Positions 59,867-64,000 of a stretch of DNA of 64,000 bases are shown piece after piece. The position numbers were made by a program, and so were the translations under genes. Location: assembly GCA_963789955.1 (NCBI GenBank), contig CAWBMV010000034.1, positions 416,001-480,000 of the forward strand, in the 5' to 3' direction. Origin of the DNA: an uncultured Candidatus Rokubacteria bacterium. Its GTDB lineage: Bacteria; Methylomirabilota; Methylomirabilia; Rokubacteriales; CSP1-6. Position 1 is the first letter of the stretch; the number at the start of each line of letters is the position of its first letter. Under the pieces are notes generated by a model. The model had not been told where the DNA came from. It searched no databases and worked only from the letters and a program-made list of their open reading frames with translations.

Positions 59867-62800
59867 ATGGGCGAGCAGGACGCCATCCTGGTCATCGACC
59901 ATGACCCCGACGCCGCCCTCCTCCTGAGCGACTTCCTCGAGCGCGAAGGGTACGCGGTCGCCGTGGCGCGCACGGGCGCCGAGGGGCTGCGGCTGATCCG
60001 TCGAAACACGTTCGCGCTGGTGCTGCTCGAGCTCGATCTGCCCGACGCCGACGGCGCGAGCCTCATGCGCGAGGCCGGGCAGGGGGATACGCCGCCGGAG
60101 ATCATCGTCGTGACCGGCCGCGCGACGCTCGACTCGGCGATCCAGGCCGTCGAGAGCCGGAGCGCCGGCTACATCTTGAAGCCGATCGATCTCCCGCGCC
60201 TCGGCGGAATCGTCGCGCGGGTCTTCGACCGGCGGCGGCTGGCCCAGGACAACGCGCGGCTCCAGGCCGAGCTCGCCGAGCGGCTCGGCGAGAGCGAGGC
60301 GCTGGCCGCGATCTCGGCCACGGTCAGCTCCACCCTCGACGTCCGCGAGGCGCTTCGGCGGATTTGCCGGGAGCTGGTCCGCCTGCTCGGTGCGGACACC
60401 GCGGCCGTCTACCTGCAAGATCTCGGCAGCGGCCGGCTGGTGCCGACCGCGGCGTACCACGTGCCCCGCGAATACATGGAGACGTTGTCCTCGATGCCGC
60501 TGCCCCTCAAGGAGCAGGGCTTCTTCCTGCCGCTCTGGCAGGAGCGGCGCCCGGTGTTCTCGGACGACGTCGCGCGCGATCCGCGATTCACGCACGCGAT
60601 GTTCCGGAGCTTTCCGCATCAGTCCGGCCTTCTGCTGCCGCTGATCGTCGAGGACGAGGTGATCGGCGGCTTCTACATCGTGTGGTGGACCACGCGCCGG
60701 AGCTTCTCGGAGCGCGAGCTGCGCGGACTCGACCACGTCTGCGAGCAGGTGGGGTTCTTCCTGCGCAACGCCCGTCTCTACGAGCAGGCGGAGCGAAATC
60801 AGCATCGGCTCGAGGTGCTCAACGACGTGTCGCGCCGGCTGGCGGCCGTCCACGATCCGGAAGAGGTGCTCACGGTCATCGTCAACGAGGCGGCCCGGCT
60901 CGTCGGCGCCGAAGCGGCGGGCCTGCGCTTGATCGAGGGCGACGATCTCGTCGTCGGCGCCCGGACCGAATCGGCGGCCGGCGTGATGGCGCGGCCCCGG
61001 CTCAGGGTCGGCGAGAGCTTGAGCGGCGTGATCGTCGCCGCCGGCGCGCCGCTCGTGGTCGAGGACCTGGCCGAGGACACACGCTACGATCCCGCGCACA
61101 AGCGTGTCGCGCTCGAGCAGGGCTTTCGTGGCTTCGCCGGGGTCCCGCTCCGCGCCCACGGGCGCGCCATCGGCACCCTCAACGTGTTCACCAAGGGGGT
61201 GCGTCACTTCTTGCCGGACGAGGTCGCGCTGCTCTCGGCGCTGGCCGACCAGGCCTCCCTGGCGATCGACAAGGCGCGGCTCCTCCGGGAAGCCGAGGAG
61301 GGGCGCGCGCTGCTCGAGCGGCTCTCTCACGCCGCGATGGCGATGCAGAGCTCGTGGGAGCGCGCCGATCGCCTCGCCGCGTTCGTCCGCGCGGCGCGCG
61401 ATGTCGTCGGCTTCGACCGCGTCAACGTCTTGCTCCTGACGGCCGACGGCTCGGAGCTCGAGCCGGTGACGACCGGCGACGACGACGAGCCCGCGGGGCT
61501 GCGGCTGCCGGTGACCGCCGCCGCGGGCCCGTTCCACGAGGCGCTCCGGAGCCGCCGGCCGATCGCGGTGCTGTCCGACGCGGATCTCGCCCGCGTGCTG
61601 CCGCTCGATCGCGCCCACCTCGGTCAGCCGTATCTGCGGTCGCGGCGCTTCGTCATCGCGCCGCTCGTCGTCGGTGACCGCGTGATCGGCGTCGTGAGCG
61701 CGGACAACAAGCCGAGCCGCCGGCCGATCAGTCCCCGCAGCGTCGAGCCGTTCAGCTCGCTCTGCCAGAACCTCGCGATGGCCCTCGAGGAGAGCCGGCT
61801 CTACGCCCAGGCCCGCGCCCGTGAGGCGGAGACGACGCGGCTCTATGGCGAGGCCAAGACCCTGTCCGATGGTCTGGGGCTCTTGAACCAGGCGGCGCGG
61901 GCGTTGCACCGCACGCTCGACGTGGACGCGATGCTCGACGACGCGCTGAAGGAGCTCGCGAAGGCGTTCGCGGCCAGCGGCGCGCTCCTGCACCTGCTGG
62001 CCGACGACGGGAGCTTGAGCCGGAGCGTCGGCCATTGGGTGTCGACCGGCCAGCGCCCGGGTGATCCAAGCCGCCTCGGCGGGCTGAGCGACCACGTGCG
62101 CCGCACGCGCGCGCCGCTGCTCATCCGCGACGTCACGAAGCAGCCCGAGCTGGTGCATCCCGCGAACCTGGACCACGGCGTGTGCTCGATCGCTGCGTAC
62201 CCGATCGTGGGCCAGAACGAGCGCGTGCTGGGCGTGCTCGTCCTCTACTACACGACGGCGCAGGCATTCGGCGAGACCGCGACGCGGCTGCTGGCCTCCT
62301 ATGCCGATCAGCTCGCGAAGGCGCTCGAGAACGCGGGGCTCTACGAGGAGACGCAGACGCAGCGGGTACGGCTCGCGCAGATCTTCGACTCGACCTCCGA
62401 CGGGATCCTGCTCGTCAACCGCGACGGGGAGATCCAGGCGGCGAACCGGCAGGCCGGGGAATTGCTGGGATTCGACGCGAGCTCCGTGATCGGCGTCCGC
62501 CTCTCTCAGCTCGCGGCCGGCCGCCGCTCGGATCAGGACCGTGTCTTCGACGACCTCGGCGCCATCCTCCAGAAGCCGGATCAGGGCGCTGACGGCGACC
62601 TCGACCTCCAGCGGAGCGGCCGGACCGTCCACTGGATCGGGCGTCCGATCAAGGACCCGGCCGGCGCAACGGTCGGCTTCACCTTGACCTTGCACGACGT
62701 GACGCACGAGCGGCAGGTGAGTCAGATGAAGACCGATTTCGTCTCGTTCGTGACGCATCAGCTGCGCACGCCGCTGGCCGGCATCAAGTGGATGCTGGAG

Positions 62801-63406
62801 CTCGCGGCCCAGGCGCCGCAGGTTCCCGACGAGGCGAGCAGCTACGTCGAGGACGCGCGCACCGCCGCCGAGCGGTTGATCGGCCTCGTCAACGACCTGC
62901 TGGACATCTCACGCCTCGAGAGCGGCAAGCTGACCGTGACGCTTCAGCCGACGGACCTCGGCGCGCTCACGCGGAGCTCCGTGGACGACCTGGGCGCGCT
63001 CATCCGCGACAAGGGCCTGCGGCTCACGATGATCGGCGTGAACGACGCGCCGACGGTGATGGCCGAGCCGCAGCTGCTCCGGCAAGTGATCGTGAATCTC
63101 ACATCGAACGCGCTCAAGTACACGCCGAGCGGCGGCGACATCTCGATCCGCATCGACCGCGAGGCCGATCGCCGGGTGCGGTGGACGATCACCGACAGCG
63201 GGATCGGCATTCCCAAGTCGGCGCTGGGCCGGCTCTTCGAGAAGTTCTACCGGGCCGAGAACGTCCACACGGTGGAGACGGAAGGCACCGGGCTGGGCCT
63301 CTATCTGGTTCGGCTCATCGTCGAACGGCTTGCTGGCGAGGTCTGGTGCGAGTCCGAGGAAGGCCGGGGCTCGATGTTCATCTTCACGCTGCCAATCAGC
63401 GGGTGA
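59867..63406 (+). CDS. Cytoplasmic multi-domain kinase: (pseudo)REC-GAF-GAF-GAF-GAF-PAS-HisKA-HATPase
   Basis: Repeated GAF ends ('NARLYE','DKARLL','ESRLYA','NAGLYE'), 'VTHQLRTPL', 'NALKYTP' and 'GTGLGL'. Confidence 0.92.
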   Translation: MGEQDAILVIDHDPDAALLLSDFLEREGYAVAVARTGAEGLRLIRRNTFALVLLELDLPDADGASLMREAGQGDTPPEIIVVTGRATLDSAIQAVESRSAGYILKPIDLPRLGGIVARVFDRRRLAQDNARLQAELAERLGESEALAAISATVSSTLDVREALRRICRELVRLLGADTAAVYLQDLGSGRLVPTAAYHVPREYMETLSSMPLPLKEQGFFLPLWQERRPVFSDDVARDPRFTHAMFRSFPHQSGLLLPLIVEDEVIGGFYIVWWTTRRSFSERELRGLDHVCEQVGFFLRNARLYEQAERNQHRLEVLNDVSRRLAAVHDPEEVLTVIVNEAARLVGAEAAGLRLIEGDDLVVGARTESAAGVMARPRLRVGESLSGVIVAAGAPLVVEDLAEDTRYDPAHKRVALEQGFRGFAGVPLRAHGRAIGTLNVFTKGVRHFLPDEVALLSALADQASLAIDKARLLREAEEGRALLERLSHAAMAMQSSWERADRLAAFVRAARDVVGFDRVNVLLLTADGSELEPVTTGDDDEPAGLRLPVTAAAGPFHEALRSRRPIAVLSDADLARVLPLDRAHLGQPYLRSRRFVIAPLVVGDRVIGVVSADNKPSRRPISPRSVEPFSSLCQNLAMALEESRLYAQARAREAETTRLYGEAKTLSDGLGLLNQAARALHRTLDVDAMLDDALKELAKAFAASGALLHLLADDGSLSRSVGHWVSTGQRPGDPSRLGGLSDHVRRTRAPLLIRDVTKQPELVHPANLDHGVCSIAAYPIVGQNERVLGVLVLYYTTAQAFGETATRLLASYADQLAKALENAGLYEETQTQRVRLAQIFDSTSDGILLVNRDGEIQAANRQAGELLGFDASSVIGVRLSQLAAGRRSDQDRVFDDLGAILQKPDQGADGDLDLQRSGRTVHWIGRPIKDPAGATVGFTLTLHDVTHERQVSQMKTDFVSFVTHQLRTPLAGIKWMLELAAQAPQVPDEASSYVEDARTAAERLIGLVNDLLDISRLESGKLTVTLQPTDLGALTRSSVDDLGALIRDKGLRLTMIGVNDAPTVMAEPQLLRQVIVNLTSNALKYTPSGGDISIRIDREADRRVRWTITDSGIGIPKSALGRLFEKFYRAENVHTVETEGTGLGLYLVRLIVERLAGEVWCESEEGRGSMFIFTLPISG

Positions 63407-63411
63407 GGCCG

Positions 63412-63801
63412 ATGGAGACTACGGGGAAACGGGTCTTGCTGGTCGAGGACGATCGGTTCCTGCGGCGCGCGTGCGAGGCGAGCCTGCGGCAGCGCGGGCT
63501 CGCGGTCACGACCGCCGCCGACGGCGAGGAAGGGCTCCGCCTGGCCCGAAGCGAGCAGCCGGACCTCATTCTGCTGGACATGCTGATGCCGAAGCTCTCG
63601 GGCCTGGAGGTGCTCCGCGCGCTCCGCGGCGACGAGGCGACGCGCGCGATGAAGGTCCTCATCCTCTCCAACTCCTCTCGCGAGCAGGACATCGCCGAGG
63701 TCAGCAATCTGGGGATCTCCGGCTACTTCGTGAAATCGAACCTGTCGCTTCAAGAGCTCGGCGAGCTGGTCGGCCGCTTGCTGGCGGGTCAGAGTGCCTG
63801 A
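63412..63801 (+). CDS. Single-domain response regulator
   Basis: 'VLLVEDD', 'PDLILLDMLMP', 'ILSN' and 'YFVKS'. Confidence 0.9.
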   Translation: METTGKRVLLVEDDRFLRRACEASLRQRGLAVTTAADGEEGLRLARSEQPDLILLDMLMPKLSGLEVLRALRGDEATRAMKVLILSNSSREQDIAEVSNLGISGYFVKSNLSLQELGELVGRLLAGQSA

Positions 63802-64000
63802 GGGAGCGCGGCGCGTCCTCCTCGCGGAGGACGATCGGTTCCTGCGGCGGGCGGCGGAAGCCCGGCTGCGGCGTCACGGCCTCGAGGTGCTCACGGCCGT
63901 CGACGGCGAGGAAGCGCTGCGCATCGCGCGCGCCGAGCGGCTGGACCTCGTCCTCCTCGACGTGGTCATGCCCAAGCTCGAGGGGTTCGAAGTCTTGAAA
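63794..64000 (+). CDS. Second response regulator (partial; runs off the window)
   Basis: GTG at 63794: 'RRVLLAEDDRFLRR...LDLVLLDVVMPKLEGFEVLK'. Confidence 0.85.
   Translation, partial: MPEGARRVLLAEDDRFLRRAAEARLRRHGLEVLTAVDGEEALRIARAERLDLVLLDVVMPKLEGFEVLK

Noticed and set aside
59837..62758. Long antisense ORFs (973 aa here; also 537..2246, 11030..12871, 17057..18934, 46542..47906, 53865..55367)
   Set aside because: Shadow ORFs of high-GC coding strands. They have no recognisable motifs and fully overlap well-supported genes.
1..64000. Many frameshifted genes as real pseudogenes or programmed frameshifts
   Set aside because: Single-base indels are scattered through more than 20 genes, including essential fmt and rpe, with no shared slippery motif. 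Long-read consensus error is the simplest explanation.

Overview
A 64-kb window from a very GC-rich bacterium. The gene mix (several luciferase-like monooxygenases, branched-chain ABC transporters, multi-GAF kinases) suggests a soil Rokubacteria/Methylomirabilota-type genome; this is an inference. Many genes, including essential ones such as fmt and rpe, carry single-base frameshifts, most likely long-read assembly indels rather than real pseudogenes. The left ~43 kb is accessory: two-component systems, a patatin lipoprotein, five LLM-family oxidoreductases, an acyl-CoA dehydrogenase pair with a B12 radical SAM gene, two Liv-type ABC operons, a cysteine-synthase/CoA-transferase catabolic operon and a CoxL-like molybdoenzyme. 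The right ~20 kb is core housekeeping (yicC-remA-gmk-rpoZ-coaBC-udg-priA-def-fmt-rsmB-rpe; ffh-rpsP-rimM-trmD-rplS-rnhB), followed by a multi-GAF kinase and response regulators. Main findings: (1) a stand-alone CTP-synthase-like glutamine amidotransferase whose catalytic Cys codon is an in-frame TGA followed by a SECIS-like hairpin, a probable selenoprotein; (2) an AvrRpt2 (peptidase C70)-like cysteine protease; (3) two copies of a ~168-bp element with a conserved core and perfectly self-complementary but mutually unrelated outer arms; (4) other structured intergenic elements; (5) a PriA pseudo-helicase. No rRNA, tRNA, CRISPR array or transposase was seen.
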